Shown in pieces: positions 8,863 to 18,451 of a stretch of 38,529 nt of DNA. Each line of letters starts with the position of its first letter. Position 1 is the stretch's first letter. The notes under the pieces were generated by a model, which made no database searches, was not told where the DNA came from, and worked only from the letters and a program-made list of their open reading frames with translations. The position numbers and the translations under genes were made by a program. The stretch is from a virus (Duplodnaviria > Caudoviricetes): IMG/VR virus record IMGVR_UViG_3300012940_000053, positions 1 through 38,529 of that record; one strand, 5' to 3'.

Positions 8863-9424
8863 TGTAGGCGTTCAGGAAGTAGAGGCCGGTTCGGTCTACA
8901 CATGGGGGTATGCAAACGGGTATGGTGGCGCGTCTGGAATAAAAGGCGATGTATCAGACTGGCTGTTTGCGAAAGGCACGGATGAAAGTGCGCTTGCCAA
9001 TGGAACGACACTTTACGCCGGAATTGCAACGTCGCAAATTGCGCAGTTTCTTGGTTTTCAAGGGGTTTCTACTTCGGGCAGTACATGGATTGCAGTTCCA
9101 ATTGCAGCGGCGGGCTATCGAACTTTTCGAGTAAATATGACCGGCAATCTGAATCAAGATGTTAATGTAACTGGATGGTTGATGCCAGATGCTAATGGTG
9201 AATTTAATGGAATCAATATCTCTACATCCGGTGGTCCATTGTTTGCTCAAGCCGTTGTAACTGCTGAAGTATTAAATTCGTCTGCACCCTTGCAGTTTGG
9301 ACCGGGCGGCAAGGACTTGACGGTGTTTTATGCTGGCCCTATTGGGTGGCTGGTTCTTCAGATCGCAAAAACAACAAACCCGACAAGCGGCAATCTACGT
9401 GTCGGTGTAGAGCGGCAAAGATAA
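8843..9424 (+). CDS. Hypothetical virion protein
   Basis: RBS AAGGAGG; G/T/N-rich beta-type sequence in structural operon. Confidence 0.7.
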   Translation: MAQKKYNVGVQEVEAGSVYTWGYANGYGGASGIKGDVSDWLFAKGTDESALANGTTLYAGIATSQIAQFLGFQGVSTSGSTWIAVPIAAAGYRTFRVNMTGNLNQDVNVTGWLMPDANGEFNGINISTSGGPLFAQAVVTAEVLNSSAPLQFGPGGKDLTVFYAGPIGWLVLQIAKTTNPTSGNLRVGVERQR

Positions 9425-10524
9425 TGACACACTACAACCCGTTTGGTGTCCATTACTACCCCGGCAAAGCTGCTGGTCCGGTAGAGGGGGTAGTGCGCGG
9501 AGGCTTTCGTTACACAAGTTCAATTGATTCGATCAATAACTTATATGCACATTATGCTTTTGATAACCGCGAAACAGATTTGCCAATCGTTGTTTTGATG
9601 CATGGTTATGATCAAGACGCTTCAACAATGACAAGCTTCATTATGACTGACATGGCAAATTATGGCTTGTTTGCTGTAGCAGTAGGAATGCGCGGACGTA
9701 ACGGAGCGGGCGGGACTCGCGACACTTGCGGACGAGAAACTTACGACATTATCGACGCTGTTGAGTACGTGAAGGCTGCTTTTTCTGACTACGTAAACCC
9801 GGCGAATGTTAATGTTGTTGGATATTCTGGTGGCGGTGGAAACGTGTTCGGCATTGCAGCTAAATTTCCTGATTATTTTAACGTCATGGTATCGCATTTT
9901 GGTATCGCTGATTATGGATACGATGATGAGGATAGCTGGTATGTAACCAATCCCACTCGGCGATCCAGCATTGAGCAATGGATCGGAGGGACACCTTCTT
10001 CAGTTCCGGGCAATTATCAATCCCGCGCTTCACAGTTTGCAATCCCGGTCAATCTGCTTGGAGGTCATCTGTTTATGTTCCATGACTCGGCTGATACAAA
10101 CGTACCTGTTATACAATCACAGATGGTGGCCGATGGTATGGACGGTGTAACAAATACACGATATACGCTTAGTGTTACCGATCCGGGCGATGACCCGCGA
10201 TGGTTGCATGCCAGTCCAGACGCCAATCAGCCGGTTCGTTTAACGCGAGAGATGTGGGGACCGCCGATTTTGGCATTAGATAACCCGCAATGGGCTGTTG
10301 CTGATACCGGCAGTATGAAGGTTAATGGCTATTTAGTAACGAAGAAGTTTTCTATTTGGCTTGGTACAGGCGTAACGGACGTTGCTGATGTAGACTACAA
10401 TGTCACATCCGGTGAGTATACAATAACGCCACTGACAGGTCCTCTTGATGTATTAATTACACAGGGGGGATTGACTGGATCGGCGTCTGCAATTACGGCA
10501 GAAACAACGATTACAGTTACGTAA
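9424..10524 (+). CDS. Alpha/beta-hydrolase (esterase or S9 peptidase-like)
   Basis: VLMHGY oxyanion motif, GYSGGG nucleophile elbow, FHDSADTNVP acid motif, later His; TAATG overlap gives start 9424. Confidence 0.8.
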   Translation: MTHYNPFGVHYYPGKAAGPVEGVVRGGFRYTSSIDSINNLYAHYAFDNRETDLPIVVLMHGYDQDASTMTSFIMTDMANYGLFAVAVGMRGRNGAGGTRDTCGRETYDIIDAVEYVKAAFSDYVNPANVNVVGYSGGGGNVFGIAAKFPDYFNVMVSHFGIADYGYDDEDSWYVTNPTRRSSIEQWIGGTPSSVPGNYQSRASQFAIPVNLLGGHLFMFHDSADTNVPVIQSQMVADGMDGVTNTRYTLSVTDPGDDPRWLHASPDANQPVRLTREMWGPPILALDNPQWAVADTGSMKVNGYLVTKKFSIWLGTGVTDVADVDYNVTSGEYTITPLTGPLDVLITQGGLTGSASAITAETTITVT

Positions 10525-10535
10525 GGAGGGTAGCT

Positions 10536-11123
10536 ATGGTTCTCTCTGAAATGATTACTTTGCTTGAGTTTTATATCGATGACGTAGCTGATCAAGCAAT
10601 TGCGGTCCAACTGTTTAATGCGGGCAAAAATCGAATGTCGATTGAATGCGGCATCGATTATCCTGATATTACAACAGCGAATGCACTCTCTGACAGCTTT
10701 GCTTTCGATGCTAAATTTCATGAGATGCCGGTCATCTATGCGGCTGCAATGTATAAGTCGGCTGACTCATCCATTCAAGAAAAGAACAGCCTGCTTTCTC
10801 AGTTCGAACAAGCTATTCCGCGATTTGTGCAGCACGTAGAAGCTTCGGTGACTGATAAGCAAGGCAGTAATGTTGCTCAATTCACTGGAACGCAAGGGCA
10901 AACTGACTTTTTGGTCACAAAAGAGGGATTTTCGCCTCGTTTTACAGAGATGAAAGTCTATGTCAACGGCATTCAATTTTATGGCTATGAAAAGTTTGTC
11001 TATGATGATCCTCGAATTATCGTTATACCGGGTGGTGTTCAAGACGGGGATAAGGTTACAATTCTATGGGAACCTAATGATGTTTGGAACGATCCACCCG
11101 CATTCTACCCGAAAGGATGGTGA
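10536..11123 (+). CDS. Head-tail adaptor / tail tubular protein A-like with C-terminal beta domain
   Basis: FHEMPVIYAAAMY adaptor-type helix; position before nozzle. Confidence 0.6.
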   Translation: MVLSEMITLLEFYIDDVADQAIAVQLFNAGKNRMSIECGIDYPDITTANALSDSFAFDAKFHEMPVIYAAAMYKSADSSIQEKNSLLSQFEQAIPRFVQHVEASVTDKQGSNVAQFTGTQGQTDFLVTKEGFSPRFTEMKVYVNGIQFYGYEKFVYDDPRIIVIPGGVQDGDKVTILWEPNDVWNDPPAFYPKGW

Positions 11124-11129
11124 CGATAG

Positions 11130-13115
11130 ATGCGGCAAAATATTGAGGTCGATCCGGCGCGAAAAGTGTTTGAGGCGTTTGTCGATTTCTCCGGTGGATT
11201 GAATTCGGAGATTACGAATGAACGCCTTCGCGAGAATGAATATCCGGTGATGACCAATGCAGACCTTTCCGGTCGCGCTTCAGCCCGATTGCGCTATGGC
11301 CGCACTCTCGTTACCAGCCATTCGGGCGCGGCTCAAGGCATGTTCTTCTTCTACGAGGAAGGGCAGGATTATCCGCATATGGTTTTTATAATCAACGGAC
11401 ATTTATTCGTGAAGCAAAATGGAAGCTCCACAATGGTAGAGGTTGCGATTAAAGACTTGGATAACGCAACGATTTTGGTACAGAACATAAGGCCGGTTGA
11501 AGCTGTTCAATATCGTGAGACATTGTACATAGCAACCGGAACAAAGCTGATCGAATTTTACATAGAGTCCAGTACATTCAAAGCGCGTGAAGTTGATCCG
11601 TACATGCCTACTGTTATGGAAGGTATTTATATCGGCACGAATGCGCTGGCTGAGGACCCGGACGGGTTCATTCAAGACGGCGTAGCTGGTGGCACGAATG
11701 TTGAAGTCATTGGTATCCGGCCTGAATATTCTTATGGGGCACTAAACGAACCTATCGATATGACCGCCTACATCGCAATTCCTAGCGGATATGGCGGTAC
11801 AATCGACTATAAATGGGAGTACAAAATGAATTCAGCCACGAGTTATACGGTGGCAAAGGATTGGACCGCCAGTCATAAAACACATGCGTTTACATTCACA
11901 ACTGTTGGACAGTATGACATCCGTGTAACAGCCCGCAAGACAGGTGATTCAGCGGAGCCGGAGTTGTCACAACAGTATGTGCTTGGTAGCTTTCAAATTC
12001 GGACGATTGCGGATCGGCCTAGTATTTTACCTTCGGATGGTATTCATCAATGTAATCATATCGTGTTACATTGGGACCGAATCTTGCTGTACGGTGACCC
12101 GTCTCGGCCTTACCATCTATACATATCGGACCTTGAAAATCCGTACTACTTTCCGACGAACAACACGATTAACTTCGACATTGGTCGGCAGGAGCCATTA
12201 AATTCGGCGGTACGTTTTCAGGATATGCTGGTTTTCTTTTCTAAGACGAGCATCCAGACGCTTACCGGCAAGTCGCCTGAAGACTATGGTCGCTACGTCA
12301 TCAACGATACGATAGGTTGTATCGCGCCGTGGTCAGCGAAAGTAGTCGGAAACCGGGTGTACTTTCTGTCGCATGAAGGGGCGCAAGAGTTGAAGCCGAA
12401 TCCGTACCGTCTGGAAACAATGAATGTCGGTCGGATTGACGCTAACATTCGGTCAGAATTGCCTGTTGATACGAACGCTTGCGCTGCCTTCAATGACAAC
12501 CAATACTGGCTGGCGTTCCCGGATAAAAAGCTGGTGTATCGGTACTACTTTGAAGCCGGTGTGTGGGCGAGGGACGAGTCAGATAAATTGAATATTCTTC
12601 AGTTCCTTACCTACGGTGATGACTGCTATAATCTGACAAAAAATGGATCGGTCATGAAACATGATCGCGAAGTCTTTACAGACGCAGGCACGGACTATCC
12701 GATGGAAATTGAAACGAAGTCGCATGATCTATCGGCTTCATTCAACTACAAAAAGCTGAAGAGAGTATACCTGCTTGCCCGCGCCTATCAAGAATTTTCT
12801 TCAGATTTATACCTAACCATTCAGGCTGATAATGTGATCACGTTGACACCAGAATCCGGCCATGCCGAAGTCGATCCGGTAACAGGCTTCGTCACATGGC
12901 ATGATACTACGGCTCCAAATTTTCACTTCCGGGGTGGTTCCTCACTTGGATTTTGGGAACTCGGTGAGTCGGTTTTGGGCGAGGTTTATCTGTCAGTTTT
13001 GAAGACTTCGATTCGAGGGAAGTGCCGTCGTGTGAAGCTGAAATTTCATACGATTGGTGGTAAGCCTTTTGAACTGTTTGGTTTCGGTCTTGAGTTTAAA
13101 TTGAAGAAGCCGTAA
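11130..13115 (+). CDS. Tail tubular protein B / nozzle (beta-propeller type)
   Basis: DFSGGLN start, IGCIAPWS and YFLS..G motifs, FGFGLEF end; 661 aa. Confidence 0.75.
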   Translation: MRQNIEVDPARKVFEAFVDFSGGLNSEITNERLRENEYPVMTNADLSGRASARLRYGRTLVTSHSGAAQGMFFFYEEGQDYPHMVFIINGHLFVKQNGSSTMVEVAIKDLDNATILVQNIRPVEAVQYRETLYIATGTKLIEFYIESSTFKAREVDPYMPTVMEGIYIGTNALAEDPDGFIQDGVAGGTNVEVIGIRPEYSYGALNEPIDMTAYIAIPSGYGGTIDYKWEYKMNSATSYTVAKDWTASHKTHAFTFTTVGQYDIRVTARKTGDSAEPELSQQYVLGSFQIRTIADRPSILPSDGIHQCNHIVLHWDRILLYGDPSRPYHLYISDLENPYYFPTNNTINFDIGRQEPLNSAVRFQDMLVFFSKTSIQTLTGKSPEDYGRYVINDTIGCIAPWSAKVVGNRVYFLSHEGAQELKPNPYRLETMNVGRIDANIRSELPVDTNACAAFNDNQYWLAFPDKKLVYRYYFEAGVWARDESDKLNILQFLTYGDDCYNLTKNGSVMKHDREVFTDAGTDYPMEIETKSHDLSASFNYKKLKRVYLLARAYQEFSSDLYLTIQADNVITLTPESGHAEVDPVTGFVTWHDTTAPNFHFRGGSSLGFWELGESVLGEVYLSVLKTSIRGKCRRVKLKFHTIGGKPFELFGFGLEFKLKKP

Positions 13116-13117
13116 TA

Positions 13118-13135
13118 TTGAATATTAATATTCAA
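13118..13135. repeat. 18-bp palindrome, copy 2
   Basis: TTGAATATTAATATTCAA between nozzle stop and tail fibre RBS. Confidence 0.95.
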
Positions 13136-13148
13136 AAGGAGGGCAAAT

Positions 13149-14228
13149 ATGGGACGTATTAACGACGGTGCAATGCGTGATTGGAACGACGGTGATATCG
13201 TTACAGCGACGCTATACGAAGCCGATCACGAGATGCTTCGTGCCGCAATAAACGATAACTTTGATCGTCTAATCAAGTCGTTTACCGTGTACGATAGTGC
13301 CGGTAATGTATTGCAGACAAAGAACTTCGATCTTGCTTTTAATTTCATTAAGGTTAAGCAAGGAACAGGCATCCAACTTGCGCTTGATACATCTACCGGA
13401 GTGCTGACGGTAACTGCCGTTCCGGCCAACAACTCCATTGGTACAGCACAGATACAGGATGGCGCAGTAACGACTGCAAAAATCGCTAACCTCAATGTGA
13501 CTGAAGGTAAGCTTGCTGATTCAGCAGTTACGACAAGTAAAATTGCAAACACCGCTGTAACAGCGGACAAGATTGCGAACCTGACTGTGACTACTGGTAA
13601 GCTTGCTGATTCAGCAATTACAACAGCGAAGATTGCTGATGGAAATGTAACAAGCAGCAAACTTCAAGACGATGCGGTAACGGCAGCAAAGTTGGCAGAC
13701 AACGCTGTCACTACAGCAAACATTGTAGATGCCAGCGTGACGAGCGCAAAGATCGGCCCCGGAGCGATCATTAGTCCATTGCTTGGAAATGATGCTGTTA
13801 TTGAAGCCAAGATTCAAGACGGGGCTGTAACGAATACGAAGATTGCAGATGGCTCTGTATCGACAGCAAAGATACAAGATGGTGCAGTTACGGCGCAGAA
13901 ACTTGACCCATCATTGGTCGGTCAAAACCTTGAGCTTGAGGCGCATAACGCTGATGTATACGCGCATCAAGCAATTCTTCGATCCGAAGCCGATCTTGGC
14001 AGTTATGATGCGACGAACAAGAAGTATACGATTGTTAATTTCTATCTACCTGATGACACACTGTATATGCAATCTACGCTATCAGACTTAACGGACGGTT
14101 TATACCATGTTGATACATGGGATTTCTATGATGTTGATGGTGTAACGATTACAAAAACGATTGAGTGGACCTTGGTTTATGACGCGAACAAAATCATTGT
14201 TGAAAAAATTCCGCAGGAGGTACTGTAA
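13149..14228 (+). CDS. Tail fibre with 10-aa (A/S)VTxxK(I/L)AD repeats
   Basis: About 16 decapeptide repeats in mid-protein; 21-nt exact direct repeat at 13506 and 13596. Confidence 0.75.
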   Translation: MGRINDGAMRDWNDGDIVTATLYEADHEMLRAAINDNFDRLIKSFTVYDSAGNVLQTKNFDLAFNFIKVKQGTGIQLALDTSTGVLTVTAVPANNSIGTAQIQDGAVTTAKIANLNVTEGKLADSAVTTSKIANTAVTADKIANLTVTTGKLADSAITTAKIADGNVTSSKLQDDAVTAAKLADNAVTTANIVDASVTSAKIGPGAIISPLLGNDAVIEAKIQDGAVTNTKIADGSVSTAKIQDGAVTAQKLDPSLVGQNLELEAHNADVYAHQAILRSEADLGSYDATNKKYTIVNFYLPDDTLYMQSTLSDLTDGLYHVDTWDFYDVDGVTITKTIEWTLVYDANKIIVEKIPQEVL

Positions 14229-15563
14229 ATGAATATCGATTACGTACTTTCTACACACGGTATTGGTTCAGGGGTTACGGCTGAAGGTACGGCAGTCGTC
14301 TCAGATGTTGTGGCGGGTAAAACATTCATCAATGCAACGGGCGATCTACTGACGGGAACATTGGTAGATCGCCCCTCAGGAAACTATCCTACTGGAGGAT
14401 CGGCTGTGTCAGGAACGACACTGTATCTGGGTATTCCGGCTACAGCGAAGTATGCACCTGCTGCAAACATCACAATTGCCGACACGGACTTTACCCCTGC
14501 CAATATTAAAACCGGCATTAACATTTTCGGTGTGACTGGAACTTTTACATCTGATGCAAATGCGTCAGCAGGTAATATTTTGAGCGGAAAAACAGCCTAC
14601 GTAAATGGCGCAAAAATCACAGGTACGATGGGTAATCGAGAGACGGGTGACTACGGTGCGGACGGCTCCGCAGTATCAGGGAATACGTTGTGGTTAAGTG
14701 TACCCGGCAGCGCTTTTTATGGTACAGGCGCTCGAATCGGAATATCTGATGGCGATTTCGCTTCAGCTAACATCCGGGGTGATAAAAACATCTTCGGTTT
14801 GCAAGGCTCGATGACGATCCGAGATTCCGGCGATTACGCAGCCGATGCTTCTTCAGTTTCGGGTACGACTTTGAAGTTAAGTGTACCAGACAGCGCGTTT
14901 TACGGCGATAGTGCAAATATTACGATTACAGACGCACAGTTCACAGCAGCTAATATAAAAACAGGACAAAATTTATTTGGTATAACCGGAACTTTTACTA
15001 GCGACGCGAATGCTACAGCAGCACAGATTTTAACTGGCCGTACTGCCTATGTAAATGGATCAAAAATTACAGGAACAATGCCTGACAGAGCAGGTGACAC
15101 GGCAGCAGTAGCTTCAGCAGTTTCCGGCACAACGCTTCGTCTCCGTGCATCTGCCGGTTATCGAGATGGTACAAACGATTACGTAACATTATCTGATGGT
15201 GACTGGATTGCCGCAAATATTGTAAGTGGAAAGAATATATTTGGTGTAACAGGCAATGCTCTCAAAGTTGAATCTGCATCCGGTACCACAACAAATGGAT
15301 CGAATAATAGAGTAGTTGTTACAGGTTTAGGGTTTTCTAAGACACCGCGAATTGTAATGATATGGGAAGTATCTACACCTTATGTTCGATCCGACTATAA
15401 CTCCGCTATAAGCACAACTAACTTTTTCTATAGCACAAGTAATTCAGTCAACATGTTATCGATAGCAGACAGCGGTAGTTCTATAAGCAGTTCTGGATTC
15501 AACTTCACAACAGGCGCTGCATCACTTAACCAGCCGTTTGGCTGGCAAGCCATAACATGGTAG
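14229..15563 (+). CDS. Tail fibre / receptor-binding protein with internal repeats
   Basis: Repeated NIxxGxNIFGxxG and DANAxAxxILxGxTAYVNGxKITGTM units. Confidence 0.75.
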   Translation: MNIDYVLSTHGIGSGVTAEGTAVVSDVVAGKTFINATGDLLTGTLVDRPSGNYPTGGSAVSGTTLYLGIPATAKYAPAANITIADTDFTPANIKTGINIFGVTGTFTSDANASAGNILSGKTAYVNGAKITGTMGNRETGDYGADGSAVSGNTLWLSVPGSAFYGTGARIGISDGDFASANIRGDKNIFGLQGSMTIRDSGDYAADASSVSGTTLKLSVPDSAFYGDSANITITDAQFTAANIKTGQNLFGITGTFTSDANATAAQILTGRTAYVNGSKITGTMPDRAGDTAAVASAVSGTTLRLRASAGYRDGTNDYVTLSDGDWIAANIVSGKNIFGVTGNALKVESASGTTTNGSNNRVVVTGLGFSKTPRIVMIWEVSTPYVRSDYNSAISTTNFFYSTSNSVNMLSIADSGSSISSSGFNFTTGAASLNQPFGWQAITW

Positions 15564-15576
15564 GAGGTTCAACAAA

Positions 15577-15960
15577 ATGAACATTGGAAGACGTATTTAT
15601 TATGAGCTTGAGACTGGAAACGTCATTGTTGATACAGGCGAACGGATGGGGGATGTAACACCGACTACCGTCGAGCAAGACTATGACACCTATGCTGATC
15701 TCCGCGAATACTTTCCGTACGCTGTTGGGCATATTGATCTGCCATACGGAGAGTACAAACAGGATTTCATGGAATGCACAAGTTATCGGGTAGACCCCGA
15801 GACGAAACTTCTTCAGTTCTCATACCCCGATCCAAATGCGCCAGAAGAACCGCCTGTCTATCAGAAGCCATTGACAGAACAGGTAGAGGAACTGAAGAAT
15901 GAATTGTCCCTTGTAAAAACAGCGCTTGACGACATGATCTTGTATGGGGGTGGGTTCTAA
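15577..15960 (+). CDS. Probable tail-fibre-associated protein
   Basis: IGRRIYYE..TGNVI start, coiled-coil end; follows fibre gene. Confidence 0.6.
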   Translation: MNIGRRIYYELETGNVIVDTGERMGDVTPTTVEQDYDTYADLREYFPYAVGHIDLPYGEYKQDFMECTSYRVDPETKLLQFSYPDPNAPEEPPVYQKPLTEQVEELKNELSLVKTALDDMILYGGGF

Positions 15961-16100
15961 TGGCAGCATACATGGCAAGTCGTATCATCGAAGGGGCGCA
16001 AGATTACGATTTTGTAATCGAGCGCCGCCCGGATTTAAAGGAAGGTATTGACGCTTACCTGATTGCACATGGCCGGGAGGATTTGATTACAACTCCATAA
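15960..16100 (+). CDS. Small protein (46 aa) of the type that follows fibre modules
   Basis: TAATG overlap; MAAYMASRIIEGAQDY..GREDLITTP. Confidence 0.65.
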   Translation: MAAYMASRIIEGAQDYDFVIERRPDLKEGIDAYLIAHGREDLITTP

Positions 16101-16161
16101 AATTGCCTGTATACACTTGGCATAATATGTGATATGATGCTATTGAAAGGGGTGAGCGGGT

Positions 16162-18438
16162 GTGGCAGTAACAGGCACGGTTGATCCTTATAACGAGATA
16201 AACTACTGGAAAAATATAGCAGAACAGGCCAAAGCCAGCGGCAATACAGCGGGAATTGACTACGCCAGCAAGCAGGCGCAACAATACTATGATATGTTAA
16301 GCAACGATGCTGAACGTGCTAAGGTGTCAAGTCTGAATTCGGCTGGTTTGCAAGAGTACCGGCAAAACATGCCCAGTAGCAATACCGGAGGAACATCGCA
16401 GCCTACGGATTACAATACCAATTCAGATGGTGTTATGAACACTGGGACGCTCGGCGTGGACAACCTTCCGGGTGCAGGAGCATCGAACGGGTTGTCACCG
16501 GAACTTCAAGCGCTGTTCGGCCAGCTAATGAATCAGCAAAGTACATATGGTGATCAATACCAGCAATTCCAACAGCAGTACCAGCAACAATACCAGCAAC
16601 AGCAGCAGCTTTTGCAGCAGCTTATGCAGAGTCAGCAGCAGCTTTATCAGCAATCGCAACAGCCGGATACAACGGACACTTTGATTCAACAGCTTATGGA
16701 AATTATGAACGGCCAAGCAATCAAGGAAGATGAACTCCGTAAACAAGCTGAAGAAGATGCGAAAGCGCAAGCCGATGAGCAGCGGGCTTCATACCAGCGG
16801 TTGATCGACTCCCTTGTAAGTGGACAGGATGCCGCACTTGGTCAAGTAAATGCGAACCTTGCGAACGCTCGGCAAGACCTTCAAGACACGCAGTTTCAAG
16901 ATTACCTCGCTGCACGACAAGGTGTCGCGAATCGCGGTCTTGCAAACTCCGGTATCGCTGACCAAGTGAACACCCAATTGATGCTGGCTAATGGTCGGAA
17001 TCTCGCAAACCTGAGTCGTCAAGCACAGGCAGATACAACCGGAATTCGCTCCGACTACGGTGCACGTTTGGCTGAAGCAAACGCACAGCTTTCGGGCATC
17101 AATCAGAACAAGCTGGCCGATGACATTTATTCGCAGCTTTACGGCCAAGCGCAGGATCGTTTGGATACTCGGGCGAACCAATTCCTTGACTTGATTGGTA
17201 AGACGATTGGTTACGACAAGATTAGCGCAAGTGACCGGGCCAATCTTCAGTTCCAATACGATAAGCTGGGTACTGATCAACAGCAGTTCTACGACAAGTT
17301 GAATGCCGATCAACAACTTGCTTACGCGCAGATGGATCAGGCAGACCGTCAATTTTATGAAAAGCTGAATGCTGACCAACGCTTGGAATATGACAAGATG
17401 GATCAGCAAGATCGGCAATTCTATCAGGAACTGTCGTCGAAGGAACGCATTGAGTACGACAAGATGAGTCAGAGTGATCAACAATTCTATGCGCGATTGG
17501 ATAGCGATGAGCGCCAATTCTACGACAAATTAAAGTCCGATTACGGCCTTCAATTGACGCAGATTATGGGCCAAGACGCAAACGGCAACCCGACATTGGA
17601 TTATCTGAAGCTGGCTGAAACGATTCGCAGCAATCAAGCAAATGAAGGGCTAAAAAGTTCTGAGCTTACAGCACAGATTGCAAATTGGACGGCGAACAAC
17701 CAGCTTGAAAGCAGCCGGATTCAACTTGGTTATGATCAACTCGCGCAGCAAACGGCGAAGGATTCGGCCACGATGCAGCAGGCAATTAACAATGCACAAA
17801 CCGATGTTGATAAGATGGTGCTTTCTGGCCTGAAGACGCAGCTTGACGCTGTTGGTGAACGCCTGAAACAAAAGTCGGCAACGCTGCCTGAAGGGCAAAC
17901 GCTGCCGGATAATGATCAAGATGTTGTGACTTATAACAACATTTTGAACAGCATATCTCGGTTGATAAACCCAAACGCTAGTGCGTCAGCAGAACGCCCT
18001 GCTGCTGGCGCGATAACATACTCGGATAACCGCCGAGTAACGGGCACATATGCAAATGAAATTAACCAAGTTTCAAAGGCGAATAACATTGACCCCGGCC
18101 TTTACAAAGCGTTGCTCCAACAGGAATCTTCGCTTGGGGCCGGGATCAGCAACGGTAACGTCGCACAAGTTAATGGAATGGAGAATGCTACGCCGCAGCA
18201 AAGTATCGCAAAAGGCGCAGAGATGTTCGGTAGTTATCTGAAGAAATACGGCAGCGTAGAGAAGGCCCTTGCTGCTTATAATATGGGGCCGGGTGTCATC
18301 ACTTACATGGAGAAAAATAACATCTCTAGTGTGCGTGAGGCTATGCAACGATTCTCAGATTATCAGAAGTCAACAAAAGGCTACAAGGTGTATGGCGATC
18401 CGCAATACATTGACCACGTACTTCGGTACTGGAAATAG
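16162..18438 (+). CDS. Ejection/internal virion protein with C-terminal lytic transglycosylase (SLT)
   Basis: IDPGLYKALLQQESS catalytic Glu, ALAAYNMGPG, QYIDHVL; Q-rich helical body. Confidence 0.8.
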   Translation: MAVTGTVDPYNEINYWKNIAEQAKASGNTAGIDYASKQAQQYYDMLSNDAERAKVSSLNSAGLQEYRQNMPSSNTGGTSQPTDYNTNSDGVMNTGTLGVDNLPGAGASNGLSPELQALFGQLMNQQSTYGDQYQQFQQQYQQQYQQQQQLLQQLMQSQQQLYQQSQQPDTTDTLIQQLMEIMNGQAIKEDELRKQAEEDAKAQADEQRASYQRLIDSLVSGQDAALGQVNANLANARQDLQDTQFQDYLAARQGVANRGLANSGIADQVNTQLMLANGRNLANLSRQAQADTTGIRSDYGARLAEANAQLSGINQNKLADDIYSQLYGQAQDRLDTRANQFLDLIGKTIGYDKISASDRANLQFQYDKLGTDQQQFYDKLNADQQLAYAQMDQADRQFYEKLNADQRLEYDKMDQQDRQFYQELSSKERIEYDKMSQSDQQFYARLDSDERQFYDKLKSDYGLQLTQIMGQDANGNPTLDYLKLAETIRSNQANEGLKSSELTAQIANWTANNQLESSRIQLGYDQLAQQTAKDSATMQQAINNAQTDVDKMVLSGLKTQLDAVGERLKQKSATLPEGQTLPDNDQDVVTYNNILNSISRLINPNASASAERPAAGAITYSDNRRVTGTYANEINQVSKANNIDPGLYKALLQQESSLGAGISNGNVAQVNGMENATPQQSIAKGAEMFGSYLKKYGSVEKALAAYNMGPGVITYMEKNNISSVREAMQRFSDYQKSTKGYKVYGDPQYIDHVLRYWK

Positions 18439-18451
18439 GGAGGGGTAAGGT

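Noticed and set aside
13400-13910. CRISPR-like or DGR-like repeats
   Set aside because: Repeats are in-frame protein repeats without unique spacers; no reverse transcriptase or cas locus seen
16097-16140. sigmaE/sigmaK promoter for ejection genes
   Set aside because: CATAATAT is present but no -35 element at the right spacing
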